DNA of 64,000 nt from Chthoniobacteraceae bacterium (GCA_031409335.1 JANNWY010000012.1:14803-78802); one strand, 5' to 3'. Shown: positions 1-10,749, counted from the first letter of the stretch. The notes: generated by a model not told the origin, from the letters alone. Made by a program: numbers and translations.

Positions 1-432
1 GATCAAAATCTTGATGCATTGCCGCGCCTGCGGCAGCGATTTGATCGCGCACGCGGTCACCGGGACAAGCGCGATTTCGGAGGCGAGCCGGGCTTCCGAG
101 GTGAGGCAGCGCAGGAGATGGCCCTGTCCGAATTTCACCGCGGCGAAGAGGGTCGCGAGAAAATTGACCGCGAGGAAAACCATGACGGCGGCATAGAGCG
201 GACGGTCGGCGGTGAGTTCCCGTTTCAATGCGACGCCGAACGCCCAGCGCAACAGGAGGGCCACGAAGACGAGGTCCACCGGAGTCACGTCCACCGGGCC
301 GGCCTGGAAGATCGCGAGATTCGGCGCGAGCAGTGCGTACTGGCTCATCCAAAAGGCCGGCAGGATGGCGACGACGTAGCTGATCGGCAGCACCGAGCAG
401 ATCGCGGCGAGGATGCAGAAGAATTCGCTCAT
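1..432 (-). CDS. Partial polytopic membrane protein, probable Wzy polymerase/O-antigen ligase family (runs off the window start)
   Basis: Open frame from ATG at 432 (MSEFFCILAAICSVLPISYVVAILPAFW...CIKILI), hydrophobic; ATGA overlap with flippase stop; position in EPS operon. Not in the ORF track because it is truncated. Confidence 0.55.
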   Translation of the reverse strand, partial: MSEFFCILAAICSVLPISYVVAILPAFWMSQYALLAPNLAIFQAGPVDVTPVDLVFVALLLRWAFGVALKRELTADRPLYAAVMVFLAVNFLATLFAAVKFGQGHLLRCLTSEARLASEIALVPVTACAIKSLPQARQCIKILI

Positions 433-1937
433 GCGTTTTGCGGCAGCAGCCGGGTGAAGATTTTGAGCCGGCTGCCGATGATGCGGTGCGCGAGGCGCAG
501 CGTGTCTTCGTCGCGGAAAATGAGCAGCCGCATTCCGAGATAAAAGATGGTGCTAAAGATGAGCAATTGCGCCGCGGCACTGGCGACGGCGGGCAGGGGA
601 ATCATCGTGCTCCAAAGATATGCGGCGGCGCAGGAAGCGAGGCCGATCGCGGCGGCTTGCAGCGGGATGCGGTATGGCTGCGCGGGGACGAGCTGGCGCA
701 AAAGGATGAGATTGATCGCGGCGACCGCGCAGCGTGCGGCGCCGACTGCCATCAACAAAATCTCAACCGGCTGCCGCCACACCAGCGCGAGGGTGCCGAG
801 CGTGACGACGACTTGCAGCACGTTCACTTTCACGAGCGCGCGGTAGCGGCCATTGCGCATGAGCGCGGGCGAGCAGCTCCCGCGAATCCAGTTTTCAAAC
901 GCGGTGGGAACGAGCAGCAGCGCCGCGAGCCACGCCGCCGAGCGATAGTCGCCGCCATAGACGGACGGGACGAACCACGGCAGGAGCAGCAGCGCCGCGC
1001 CGACGCTGAAGCAGTAAAGCAGGCTGGAAAATTTCACCACGCGCCCGACCGCGAGCGCCTGCGCTTCCGGCGCATCGCTCGTGTGGCTGAGATAGGGCGC
1101 GACGAGATTTCCCATCGGCATCACGGTGAGGCCGACGATTTTCCCGACGAGATCCACCGCGAGCGTGAGGAAGGCGATGGTCGTCGCGGGATGATTTGGC
1201 GCGAGCAGCAGCAGCAGGACCGTGCCGCTGCCGAGCATCGCGCAGGCTTTGTCGAAAATCGTGAGCATGCCAAAACCCTGCGCGCGATTGACGAAGCGCG
1301 GTTCGAGCGGCGCGCGTTCGGCGCGGATCAAGCGCCAGAGCCGACGATGGACGAGCACGGCTTCCAGCGCGGAGAGCACGAACAATCCCGCGACGATGTG
1401 CGCGAGATTTCCGCCGGCGAGGGCGATGCCGGCCAGCGCGGCGGAGCGGGCGATTTGGAAACCTTGCTGAAGCAGCAGTGCCGTCCGCGTTTCAAACAGC
1501 GCGGTCAATCCGTAGTGCGCGAGCAGGCGGACGAGCGTGGCGGTGACGATGGCGGCGATGGCGGCGAAAATCCACGGCTGCGCATTGAGCCGGTCGAATT
1601 GCGTGTGGCTCGCGTAGAGCGGGCCAAAGGCGATGAGGGTGATCGTGCAGAGCGCGGCGGCGAGCCAGCGACGGGTCTGCATCTTGCGGTAAAATGTGCC
1701 GCGCGCGTGCTGCCGCGCGGCGTCGGCGAGGTAGCGCGTGAGGCCGCTGTTCGCGCCGGCTTCGAAGACGAGCGTCGTGAGGCCGATGATCGCAATGACC
1801 GCGCCGTATTCTGCGTAAAGCGTGGCGGGCATCGTGCGCACGAGCACGACCGATGCGGCGAAGGAAAGCAGCAGGCCGACGACGTTCAGCCACCAATTCG
1901 CGCGCAGCGCCGAGATGATTTTTTGCGATGTGATCAT
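429..1937 (-). CDS. wzx: Polysaccharide flippase (Wzx/MOP family)
   Basis: About 500 aa with many TM segments; N-terminal VLVRTMPATLYAEYG and EAGANSGLTRY patterns; start MITSQK overlaps upstream stop (ATGA). Confidence 0.75.
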   Translation of the reverse strand: MITSQKIISALRANWWLNVVGLLLSFAASVVLVRTMPATLYAEYGAVIAIIGLTTLVFEAGANSGLTRYLADAARQHARGTFYRKMQTRRWLAAALCTITLIAFGPLYASHTQFDRLNAQPWIFAAIAAIVTATLVRLLAHYGLTALFETRTALLLQQGFQIARSAALAGIALAGGNLAHIVAGLFVLSALEAVLVHRRLWRLIRAERAPLEPRFVNRAQGFGMLTIFDKACAMLGSGTVLLLLLAPNHPATTIAFLTLAVDLVGKIVGLTVMPMGNLVAPYLSHTSDAPEAQALAVGRVVKFSSLLYCFSVGAALLLLPWFVPSVYGGDYRSAAWLAALLLVPTAFENWIRGSCSPALMRNGRYRALVKVNVLQVVVTLGTLALVWRQPVEILLMAVGAARCAVAAINLILLRQLVPAQPYRIPLQAAAIGLASCAAAYLWSTMIPLPAVASAAAQLLIFSTIFYLGMRLLIFRDEDTLRLAHRIIGSRLKIFTRLLPQNA

Positions 1938-4189
1938 GGCTGCGCGGCGATCGCGGGCATCGTGACTGGCGGATCGTGCGGAGGCGGGAGGAGTTCGCCG
2001 AGTTCGGCGAGGATGCGCTCGGCGAGTCGCGGCAGCGAGTGCAGGCGCTCGACTTGGGAGCGGAGGTAAAGGCCGATCATGGCGCGCTCGGCGGGAGTTT
2101 TTTCGAGCAGCGCGTTGAGCTTTGCGGCGAGATCCGCGGGATCGCCGCCGTGGAAAAGCAACGCGGCGTGGTGCTCGCCGAGGGTCTCGCGAAAATCGTC
2201 GTTCGCGACGAGGCAGGGCCGCCCGCAGCTCATCGCCTCCCACGCGACTTTGTCGCCAAAGCCCGCGGGAGTGAGATTCACATGCACCGCGCAGTGTTGA
2301 TAGTGCGCGGGCAGCTCGGCGGGCGGCACTGGTTTGGCAAAGGTGACTTTCTCGTCGAGGCGCAGTTCGGTGATGAGCGCGCGCAGCTCCGCGGCGTACA
2401 CTTCGTCTTCCACGCCGACGACCGCGCCGAGGATGACGACGCGCACCGGACGCGACATCAGCGCAGTCGCGCGCAGCAGGGCGGCGTGATTTTTCACCCG
2501 CGAAATCCGACCGGCGCAGAGGATGAGCCCGTCTTCGGCAATCGATGGATCGGCGGCGGTGAAGCGCGTGGTGTCGATGCCCTGGCCGATGACGGAGAGT
2601 TTGTTTTTCCGGTACGGATAAGCGCCTGGCAGGCTGGTCACCATGCGGTTGGAGAAGAAGTGGCCGAGCTTCAGCGACGTGCTGAGTTGCGGATGCGCGA
2701 ACCAGGTGATGAGCGGGATTCGCTTCATGCGCAGGACGGGGCCGGCCAGGACAGAAAAAATCTGGATCATGTGCGAGAAGCAGCCGTCGATGCGGCGCGA
2801 GCGCAGGATGCTAAATAGAATGCGGTAGAATTCAATCGCGCGGCGCGGTTCGGACCAGCCGTGTTCCGAGCCAACGGAATGGACGCGGACATTTGCCGGA
2901 ACGTCGATCTCGCCCGCGCGCATCGTGATGACGTCGATCGACTCGACGCGCCGCGCGAGTTCGCGAATCCACTGCGTGGTGAAACCGAGCACGGGATGTT
3001 TCACATCGGTGACGAGATTGAAGAGGAGCAGTCGTTTTGGAAATGCCGCGGGCTGATCGACTCGCGCGACGCGCCGCCAGATCGCGGCTTGCGCGGGCGC
3101 GTTCGTGGCTGGGTCGAGCAGCGGGCGGATGTGTGCGCGGGCGGCGTTTCCCATGCGGCTGCGCAGTTCCGGCGATGCGATGAGCGACGCGAGTTTTTCG
3201 GCGAAGGCTTCGGTCGCGCGCACCGGGACGATGTATCCGGTGGTGCCGTCCACGATCGCTTCATCGGCGCCGCTGACGCCAGTGGTGACGATCGGCAGCG
3301 CGGCGGCGGCGGCTTCCATGAGGACGCGGGGGAAGCCTTCGAAGTCGGACGTGAGGACAAAAATATCGGCATCGGCGAATGCGCCAGCGATTTGTTCGCG
3401 GGTCATCTGGCCGCGAAATTTCACGATGTCCCGCCAGCCCTCGCGCGCGACCGTCGCTTGCAGTGAATCCGCGCCCGGGCCTTCGCCGACGAGTGTGAGT
3501 TCAAATGGCGACGCACCGCGCGCGCGGAGGATTTTCACGACTTCCATCAGCATCCCAAGATTCTTTTGCGCGGCGAAACGTCCGGCGAAAAGCAGCCGGG
3601 CGGGCGTGTGTGGTGCGCGTTCGATTTGGAGGAACGCTTCGAGATTCATCGGGACGACCGGCTTCACCGCAACGCGCTCGGGAGAGACTCCGGCGGCGAT
3701 CAGGCGGCGCGCGGTGAGCTGGCCATCGACCTGGATGCCGCGGCACTGGCGGATGATCCAGCGCGATACCGGCGCGAGCAGCCGATACGACCAATGGCTC
3801 GCGAGCCAGTGCGGGTCGTACACATTCGGGCCGTAAATGCAGACGTTGACCGGCAGGTGGAAGATTTTTCCGAGCACGACCGCGACCATGCCGGTGATGA
3901 GCGGGTCCTGCGCCTGGATGAGGCTGATGCGGCGTTCGCGGAGGATTTTCGCGCCGATCCAAAACATCCGCCACAGGCTGTGCAGCGGGCCGATGCCATC
4001 GGTCGGAATCGCCTCGACGTGCGGTGCGAGGTGGCGCGGTTTGAGGCCGTGGCGTTTGTAGGAATTGGCGACGACGATGTATTCGTCGAGGTGCGCCGCG
4101 TAGCCGATCATGCGCTGGAAATCCTCGGCGTTTTCGCCGTCCCAAAGACCGCGCGTGTAGCCAAATGAGAGCACCGAAATGCCTTTCAT
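1934..4189 (-). CDS. Tandem double GT4 (GT-B) glycosyltransferase fusion
   Basis: Two GT4 C-terminal signatures: FAGRFAAQKN...EGFPRVLMEAAAAALPIV and CAGRISRVKN...GFGDKVAWEAMSCGRPCL; start MKGIS with ATGA overlap. Confidence 0.85.
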   Translation of the reverse strand: MKGISVLSFGYTRGLWDGENAEDFQRMIGYAAHLDEYIVVANSYKRHGLKPRHLAPHVEAIPTDGIGPLHSLWRMFWIGAKILRERRISLIQAQDPLITGMVAVVLGKIFHLPVNVCIYGPNVYDPHWLASHWSYRLLAPVSRWIIRQCRGIQVDGQLTARRLIAAGVSPERVAVKPVVPMNLEAFLQIERAPHTPARLLFAGRFAAQKNLGMLMEVVKILRARGASPFELTLVGEGPGADSLQATVAREGWRDIVKFRGQMTREQIAGAFADADIFVLTSDFEGFPRVLMEAAAAALPIVTTGVSGADEAIVDGTTGYIVPVRATEAFAEKLASLIASPELRSRMGNAARAHIRPLLDPATNAPAQAAIWRRVARVDQPAAFPKRLLLFNLVTDVKHPVLGFTTQWIRELARRVESIDVITMRAGEIDVPANVRVHSVGSEHGWSEPRRAIEFYRILFSILRSRRIDGCFSHMIQIFSVLAGPVLRMKRIPLITWFAHPQLSTSLKLGHFFSNRMVTSLPGAYPYRKNKLSVIGQGIDTTRFTAADPSIAEDGLILCAGRISRVKNHAALLRATALMSRPVRVVILGAVVGVEDEVYAAELRALITELRLDEKVTFAKPVPPAELPAHYQHCAVHVNLTPAGFGDKVAWEAMSCGRPCLVANDDFRETLGEHHAALLFHGGDPADLAAKLNALLEKTPAERAMIGLYLRSQVERLHSLPRLAERILAELGELLPPPHDPPVTMPAIAAQP

Positions 4190-5349
4190 CGCGTCACCTC
4201 CGGAGCGGGCGCGCGTGCGACAACGTCGCGAAATGTGGCGGCGGTGGCATCGACCATCGTCTCGAAATCGAAGTGCGCGGCAATGCGCGCGGCGGCTGTG
4301 GCAGCGAGTCTCTGTCCCAGCGCGGGCTCGTGCCAAAGTCGTCGGATCGCGCCCGCCAGCGCGGCGTCATCGCCGATCGGAATGAGCAGGCCGGTCACGT
4401 CATTTTCCACGACCTCGCCAGTGCCGCCGGCATTGGTCGCGATGACGGGGAGGCCCGCGGCCATCGCTTCGAGGACGACGTGCGGCAGGCCTTCGTAAGT
4501 CGAATTCAGCACAAATGCATCCGCCTGGCGCATGGATTGGCGGGCTTGGGCGGCGGCGAGGAGCCCGGTGAAAACGACGCGATCCTGGACGCCTAGCGTG
4601 CTGGCGAGTGCGGCGAGTTCTTTTCGCAATGCACCATCGCCGACGATGACGAGGCGCGTGCCGGGGAGCTGTGGCAGGCAGCGCACGATGGCATCGACGC
4701 CTTTCCACGGCACGAGGCGGCAGACGGTGAGCAGCGTGTGTCCCTCCCACTCGGGGAAGGGCGGCGGCGTGTCGGGCGATTCCGCGAGCGGTGGAGCGGC
4801 GTTGTAGATGACGCGGATTTTTTGCGGGTCCAAATTCCAGCCGGTCAAAATCCGGCGCAGATATTGGCTCGGCACGATGATCTGGCGCGCCCAGCGGAGC
4901 GGGAAGGTGCGGATGAAATCGAGGAGGCGAAGCGCGCGGGTTTTATGCGTGGTCTGATATTCATCGATCGTGCCGCGGAACCAGCCGCGCCCGACCGCGC
5001 GTTCCCACGCATAGTCGCCGACGATTTTGTGAACCACAGAACGGCCCGCGAGCATCGCCGCGATGGCGGACTCGGCGCCGAGGCCATTCACGAAGACGAG
5101 CGCGGTGACCCGGGCCTCGCGCCAGATCGTGAAGACCGTCTTGAGGATGCGCAGCGGCCAGAAGATCCCGCGGCGGATGCGAATTACCGTGAAGGCTCGC
5201 GCGGCATCATCGTGGTCGAGCCGGTCGCTGAGGCAGATCACTTTCACGGCGTGTCCGCGCGCGGTGAGCGCGGCGGCCATCCGCGGCACGTAGCTCGCCG
5301 GTCCGCCGTGATCGGGCGGGAAGATGCCGGTGACGAAAAGGATATTCAC
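4186..5349 (-). CDS. Glycosyltransferase family 4
   Basis: FPPDHGGPASY, VCRLVPWKG, EGLPHVVLEAMAAGLPVIAT; GTG start at VNILFV. Confidence 0.9.
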   Translation of the reverse strand: MNILFVTGIFPPDHGGPASYVPRMAAALTARGHAVKVICLSDRLDHDDAARAFTVIRIRRGIFWPLRILKTVFTIWREARVTALVFVNGLGAESAIAAMLAGRSVVHKIVGDYAWERAVGRGWFRGTIDEYQTTHKTRALRLLDFIRTFPLRWARQIIVPSQYLRRILTGWNLDPQKIRVIYNAAPPLAESPDTPPPFPEWEGHTLLTVCRLVPWKGVDAIVRCLPQLPGTRLVIVGDGALRKELAALASTLGVQDRVVFTGLLAAAQARQSMRQADAFVLNSTYEGLPHVVLEAMAAGLPVIATNAGGTGEVVENDVTGLLIPIGDDAALAGAIRRLWHEPALGQRLAATAAARIAAHFDFETMVDATAATFRDVVARAPAPEVTR

Positions 5350-5428
5350 CGGCGAAAACCTCCGGCGATTTGCCAGGCGACGATCAGCGCCCCGCTGGCG
5401 GCGGGAATCCCCAAACGATGTCGCGATT

Positions 5429-7564
5429 TCACGCGGTCTTGCGGGTGGGCGCGCGATCCGCGCTGGCTCCGTACACCTCGTCATTGCCGTAGCCGGGCGA
5501 GTGGTAGTGGTAGTAAAAACCGCCGCTGCGAGTCGGCAGCCCATTCAGGATGAAGCCGACGACGTTCCCGCCACTTTCGCGCACTTTTTCAAGGGCACGC
5601 TTTACCGCACCAGCCGGAGTCCGCGAGGCATGGACGACGAGGCAGACAGCCTCGGCGTGGGGCGCGATGAGCAGCGTTTCGCTGACGGCGTGGACGGGCG
5701 CGGTGTCGATGACGACGCGGTCGAAACGCGTGAGCGCGGAGGCGATCAGCTTTGCCAAATCCGCGCGGCCGAGCAGTTCCGCAGGCAGGCTGACGCGCGA
5801 GCCGGCGGGGAGGACTGAGAGATTTTCGACGTCGGTGGAATAGGTCGCCGCGCTGAGGTCCGCGTGTCCGCCGAGGAGGTCGCCGAGGCCGGGTGTGCGC
5901 TCTTTTCCCAGGAACGCCGCGCCGACGCTCGGGAGGCGGAGGTCGGCGTCGATGAGCAGGGTCTTGTGGCCCTGAAGCGCGAGCGCGACGGCGTAATTGC
6001 AGGCGCAAAAGCTCTTGCCCTCGCCGGGCACTGCGCTGGTGAAAAGGACGCTGCGATAGCCGCCGGCGCGTCCGGTGAAAAGGAGCGCGGTGCGGAGGGT
6101 GCGGAAGGCTTCGGTGATGGCCGATTGCGGCTGATCGACGAGGACGCGCCGGACCCGATCGAGCGGTTGCTTGGAGCGGGTTGGGATTGCGCTCAGCGAG
6201 CGCAGCCCGAGCCCGGCCTCGGCTTGATCCACGGTTTTGAAAGTGTCATCCAGCAGATGCAGGCCAAGCGCGAGGGAAAGCCCGATGGCGAGCCCGGTGC
6301 AAAGGCTGACGAGGAGGATCGCGGCTTTGTTGGGCCGCGCGGGTCTGTCCGGCAATGCGGCCGGCGACGCCACGCTGAGCGAGTATCGGGAGACGCCTTG
6401 CGAGACATCGGTCGCCTTCATCCGGGCGAGGACGGAGTCGTACAGCACGCGGTCGGATTCCACTTCCCGCTGGAGTTCCTGATAGGGAATGGCGATCGCG
6501 CTGAGTTCGAGGGCGAGCGTTTGCTGGGTGCCGAGCGCGCGTTCGAGGCTTTGCTCAGTCGCGCCAGCGGCCTCGTGCGCGGTGTGCAATTGGATCGCGG
6601 CCTTCTGGATTGCCCGGACGAGTTCGATCTTCAATTCCGCGACGCTGCTCGCCGCCTGCATGTAGCGCGGATGCTCTTCCTTGTAGCGCTGGCGCAGCCC
6701 CGCCATCTCCGCTTCGCGCTCGCCGATCGTCTTTTTCAACTCCTGCACGGCGCCACTTTCCGCGATGCTGGTGAGCGCGAGCAGATTCTCGGGCGGCTCA
6801 TTGGCCAGTTGATCGAGCTGCGCGATGTCCGCGGCAAGTTTCAGGCGCTGTGCCTTCGCCGTCGTCACCTTGGCGTTCAGTTCCTTCAGGCGTTCGCCAA
6901 TGATGTTCTGCTTCTCCTCCAGCGATACCGCCTGGTGTTTCTCGCGATAGTCCTGCAAGGCGCGTTCGGATTTTGCGACGGCGGCTTTCAGGCGTTCGGC
7001 CTCGCCCTTCAAGAAAACGTTCGCGGATTGTGAAACCTTCGCCGCACTCTCCGAGCTGACGCTCATGAACGCCTCGACCGTCAGCCGCGCCAACTTTTGC
7101 GCCATCGCGGGAGAACGATCTCCGACCGTGATGTCGATGAGTTGCGTTCCGCCCCGGACTTTGCAGGAAATGCGACCCTTCAGCGCGCCGCGCAGGGCCG
7201 CCTCGCCAGCCGGACGCGGCACGTCGGCGAGAAAATCGGGATCATTCACCAATTCGGGATCCGCGAGCAGCGCGGCGATCAGCGGCGGGCTGACGAGCTT
7301 TTGCTCGATGGTTTTGAGCAGTTCCTCGCTCGTTTTTTCCTCGTTGCGGCCATCCGGTTTGATCCGCTTTTGTTGCTCGCTATCGACTTCGATGGTCGTC
7401 GTGGATTCATAAATCCGCGGGGCTTTCGAGAGGTATGCAAAACCCGCGCCGATGCATAAAGCGGTGATCGCGAGGATCATCCATAGCCTTTCCATGACGA
7501 GCCGGAAAAACATCCGGGCGTCGGCGGGCAGCACTGTGGATTTCTGGATAGTGGAGTCGGGCAT
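5429..7564 (-). CDS. wzc: Polysaccharide co-polymerase / BY-kinase
   Basis: Two TM segments flanking a coiled coil; Walker A SAVPGEGKS, IDADLR, VIDTAP, C-terminal Tyr cluster YYHYHSPGY. Confidence 0.92.
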   Translation of the reverse strand: MPDSTIQKSTVLPADARMFFRLVMERLWMILAITALCIGAGFAYLSKAPRIYESTTTIEVDSEQQKRIKPDGRNEEKTSEELLKTIEQKLVSPPLIAALLADPELVNDPDFLADVPRPAGEAALRGALKGRISCKVRGGTQLIDITVGDRSPAMAQKLARLTVEAFMSVSSESAAKVSQSANVFLKGEAERLKAAVAKSERALQDYREKHQAVSLEEKQNIIGERLKELNAKVTTAKAQRLKLAADIAQLDQLANEPPENLLALTSIAESGAVQELKKTIGEREAEMAGLRQRYKEEHPRYMQAASSVAELKIELVRAIQKAAIQLHTAHEAAGATEQSLERALGTQQTLALELSAIAIPYQELQREVESDRVLYDSVLARMKATDVSQGVSRYSLSVASPAALPDRPARPNKAAILLVSLCTGLAIGLSLALGLHLLDDTFKTVDQAEAGLGLRSLSAIPTRSKQPLDRVRRVLVDQPQSAITEAFRTLRTALLFTGRAGGYRSVLFTSAVPGEGKSFCACNYAVALALQGHKTLLIDADLRLPSVGAAFLGKERTPGLGDLLGGHADLSAATYSTDVENLSVLPAGSRVSLPAELLGRADLAKLIASALTRFDRVVIDTAPVHAVSETLLIAPHAEAVCLVVHASRTPAGAVKRALEKVRESGGNVVGFILNGLPTRSGGFYYHYHSPGYGNDEVYGASADRAPTRKTA

Positions 7565-7573
7565 CAGGATTTT

Positions 7574-8188
7574 CTAAAAGAGTCGTTCGCCGATGGTGAT
7601 GATGTCGCCGCCTTCGATCAGGAACGGCGCGATCGCGGCGTCGGATGCCATGCGCTTGCCGTCGAGCTTGAACACTTGATTTCCGGGGTGCCGTTTCACG
7701 GTGATCCGCGCGGGATTTGCGAGGCGGGTGTAACCGCCGGCGACGCCGACGACCTGCACCAGACTCAGCGAGCCGCGATCGGGAAAGCGATACGTCCCGG
7801 GCCGCTGCACCTGCCCGAGCACGGTGAAAAGCCGACGGTTCATCTCGACCAACGAGATGCTGACCTGCGGATTCACGAGGAAGCGCAAGGCGAGCCGGTC
7901 GCGAATGAGCGCGCTCGCCTTTTGCACCGTGAGCCCGCCAAGGCTCACCTCGCCGATCAGCGGGAAGGCGATCTTCCCATCCTCGGCGATCCGCACCGAG
8001 GTATCGAGTTCAGGTTCATTGAAGACCCGGATTTGGATCGATTCGTTTGCGGCGAGGATGTGATTTGGCGAGGTCGCCGATTTTTCACCCGGCACAGCGC
8101 GCGCGGATGGCGGCTCCTCGCCGTGCGCGAGGGCGGCTCCTGCGAGCAGGGCCACGGACAAAAAAACCATAAATTTACCGAGAGCCAT
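7574..8188 (-). CDS. wza: Polysaccharide export protein (Wza/OPX with SLBB domain)
   Basis: GKIAFPLIGEV, GQVQRPG, AGGYTRLA, GDIITI; signal peptide. Confidence 0.88.
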   Translation of the reverse strand: MALGKFMVFLSVALLAGAALAHGEEPPSARAVPGEKSATSPNHILAANESIQIRVFNEPELDTSVRIAEDGKIAFPLIGEVSLGGLTVQKASALIRDRLALRFLVNPQVSISLVEMNRRLFTVLGQVQRPGTYRFPDRGSLSLVQVVGVAGGYTRLANPARITVKRHPGNQVFKLDGKRMASDAAIAPFLIEGGDIITIGERLF

Positions 8189-8221
8189 GATTGTAGATAG
8201 GTTGAATATCGAAAAAGCATC

Positions 8222-9580
8222 TTAGTAATAGAGATTCACCTGAAAAACAATCTGATTATTATCGAAACTGGAAGATTCTCGATTTGAGTCGTTGCTCCTG
8301 AATTCATACGTCAGTCCCGCATTCGCTCTTTCGGCGACATTCCAGAGAATCCCCGGACGCACGAAATAGTAGTCGTCCTGCCGGTCCTCCTCGCCCGCCA
8401 GGCCGGAGTAGTCCGACTGCTGATACCCACCGTGGAGGTGAACATGGACACCGGCTCTGATCGCGCGTTGGAAACTCGCCGTCACTCCGATCCGATCATA
8501 GCTTTCCTCCGGGCGAAATTCCGAAGTCTCGACCGAACGAAATGCCTCCACCGAGACGCGCGTTCCGGCGGAGGGTTCGTAGGTGGCGGCGATATTGAAA
8601 ATCGGATTCACGCGATCTCCGGAGAGCCCGTCCGACTGGCGAAATTCCACCCCGCCGCGCATCTCGACGTTGATCTTCTCGCCGATCTTGGTTGCGGCGC
8701 GCGCCAGCACTCGCTGGTAGAATTCGTCTGCTCCGCCATCCACCGCGATTCCCCCCACGGCACCGCCGACGCCGATCCGAACCCGCGGCGTCAACTCATA
8801 GGACGCGAAACTCTCCGCATTCCAACCCACGGACTTTACGAAATCCTCGGGATCATTCGCGCGGACATATGCGCTCGTGTCGATCGACGTTTTTTCTGAA
8901 ACGCGGTAGCTCGCTTCGATCTCGGCGGAGGCCCGTTTCCGGCGGATGCGCGCGCCGATGTCCGTGCTGGTTTCCGATTTCGACTCGTAACGCAGATTGG
9001 CTCCCAGCGTCCATTTATCGGCTCGCAGGCGTCCGGCGATGCGCCCGTCCTGATCGAATGCGTTTTGCGAATCCGTCTGGGCGAAACCGAGCAGGATCGC
9101 CGTGTAGTCCACCACAAAATAGCTGCCCCGCCCCGCCTCGAACGGAGTCGCGGGTTCCTGCCGGTCGAGAAAGCGATCCGAGTGCCGGTATTCGGAATCC
9201 CAAATCCCGATGGTGATCCCGGGAGCCATCGTGAAGATGAAATCCTCCACCCGGTTTTCCCGTTGAATGAAAATGTTGTCGTCGTAAGCCGCGCGCATTT
9301 CCAAATGGGGGGCGACCCGCCACCGTCCCGAAGGAACTTCCTGATTGGAAACTTCCGGCCCGAGCGCGCGATTCAGTTCCTCGACCGCATCCCGTTGCTC
9401 GGATTGCGAGGCTGGCGCGACGAAAAGCGCATCGCCAATATCGGTAAAATCCGTCAGCACGACGGTCGGTTCTTCCGCTCGTTCCACGTTTTCCGCGAAT
9501 GTGGAAAACCCGGGCAGAAGCAGGGCCGCGCTCGCGAGAGCGAAACGTCGTGCCAAAATTGTTCGAAGAGGTCGCAGCAT
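8222..9580 (-). CDS. Outer-membrane beta-barrel protein associated with EPS export
   Basis: Signal peptide, YDDNIF motif, alternating beta-strand pattern, C-terminal aromatic residue; directly upstream of wza. Confidence 0.75.
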   Translation of the reverse strand: MLRPLRTILARRFALASAALLLPGFSTFAENVERAEEPTVVLTDFTDIGDALFVAPASQSEQRDAVEELNRALGPEVSNQEVPSGRWRVAPHLEMRAAYDDNIFIQRENRVEDFIFTMAPGITIGIWDSEYRHSDRFLDRQEPATPFEAGRGSYFVVDYTAILLGFAQTDSQNAFDQDGRIAGRLRADKWTLGANLRYESKSETSTDIGARIRRKRASAEIEASYRVSEKTSIDTSAYVRANDPEDFVKSVGWNAESFASYELTPRVRIGVGGAVGGIAVDGGADEFYQRVLARAATKIGEKINVEMRGGVEFRQSDGLSGDRVNPIFNIAATYEPSAGTRVSVEAFRSVETSEFRPEESYDRIGVTASFQRAIRAGVHVHLHGGYQQSDYSGLAGEEDRQDDYYFVRPGILWNVAERANAGLTYEFRSNDSNRESSSFDNNQIVFQVNLYY

Positions 9581-9691
9581 CTCGCAGAATTCTTTGCGGT
9601 GCGGACAGGAAGGCACGGCGGGCGGAGTATGGTCGGCCCGATTGCCATGTCAATGCGGAGGACGAGTCGGCTCGCGGTGTGGCCGTGAAAC

Positions 9692-10288
9692 TCACCCCGG
9701 GAGGATCCGCATCGCCACGAGGCGTGCAAATGCCGCGAGCGTATTGGCATCGCGCACCTCGCCCGAGGCAATCATTTCGCGCAGTGCTTCGTGGCTGAAC
9801 GCGCGGCATTCCGTGATGGCCTCGTGGGCATCCAGATCCTGGCCGTGCGCGTGGGGAATGACGGGGCGCGCCAGGTAAATGTGACAGTGTTCATCGGTAA
9901 ATCCGCTGCTCGGGAAATAGTGGCCGAGGCTTTGGAGATCACCGCCGGGGGCGAGTTCGTAGCCGGTTTCCTCGCGGAGTTCGCGCAGGCAGGTGGCGCG
10001 GATGGCGTCGGGCTCCGCCAAATCATCGATCTGGCCGGCGGGAAACTCCCAGATCGTCGCGCGGATGGGCACGCGCTCCTGGCGGATCAAAAGCAGCGCA
10101 CCATCCGCGGTCACCGGCACGATGACGACCGCGCTTTTGCGATGGCAAACCGTCCACACGAACGGCTCCGAACGCGTCGGCGATGTGACCGTGGGGCGAT
10201 GGATTTCGAGGTGCGGATTGGCGAACAGGATTTCGTCGCCAAGCGTTTTCCAGCCCGGTTCCGCTTTGATGAAATGATGAAAACTCAT
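9692..10288 (-). CDS. NUDIX hydrolase (ADP-ribose pyrophosphatase-like)
   Basis: EFPAGQID...RELREETGY Nudix box; ATGA overlap with ogt. Confidence 0.88.
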   Translation of the reverse strand: MSFHHFIKAEPGWKTLGDEILFANPHLEIHRPTVTSPTRSEPFVWTVCHRKSAVVIVPVTADGALLLIRQERVPIRATIWEFPAGQIDDLAEPDAIRATCLRELREETGYELAPGGDLQSLGHYFPSSGFTDEHCHIYLARPVIPHAHGQDLDAHEAITECRAFSHEALREMIASGEVRDANTLAAFARLVAMRILPG

Positions 10289-10749
10289 TCGCCGCGTTCG
10301 AGCGCCAGCAAATTTTCCTTTCGCGAAAGGCCCGCGCTGTATCCGCCAAGCGTCCCATCCGCGGCGATCACGCGATGGCAAGGAATGAGGATGCACACCG
10401 GATTCGCGCCGTTCGCACCCCCGACTGCGCGGCTCGCTTTCGGATTTCCGACGCGGCGGGCGAGTTCGATGTAAGAGATCGTTTCGCCGTAGGGGATGCG
10501 CGCCAGTTCCCGCCAAACCCGGAGGCGAAACGGCGTTCCCGACAGATCGAGCGCCACGCTGAACTTGCGCAATTTCCCGTCAAAGTAGCGATCAAGTTCG
10601 GCGCGCAGTTTTTTCAAATGCGGGTTCGCGCTCGCGCGGGCGGTGGATCGATCAACGAACGTCAGTTCGGAAATTCCGCGCGCCGTCGCCGTGGCGCGAA
10701 TCTGGCCAAGAGAACTTGGAAATTCAGCAATGTCAGCGTCAGTTTTCAT
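10285..10749 (-). CDS. ogt: Methylated-DNA-protein-cysteine methyltransferase
   Basis: IPYGETISY, RAVGGANGANP, PCHRV active site. Confidence 0.93.
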   Translation of the reverse strand: MKTDADIAEFPSSLGQIRATATARGISELTFVDRSTARASANPHLKKLRAELDRYFDGKLRKFSVALDLSGTPFRLRVWRELARIPYGETISYIELARRVGNPKASRAVGGANGANPVCILIPCHRVIAADGTLGGYSAGLSRKENLLALERGE

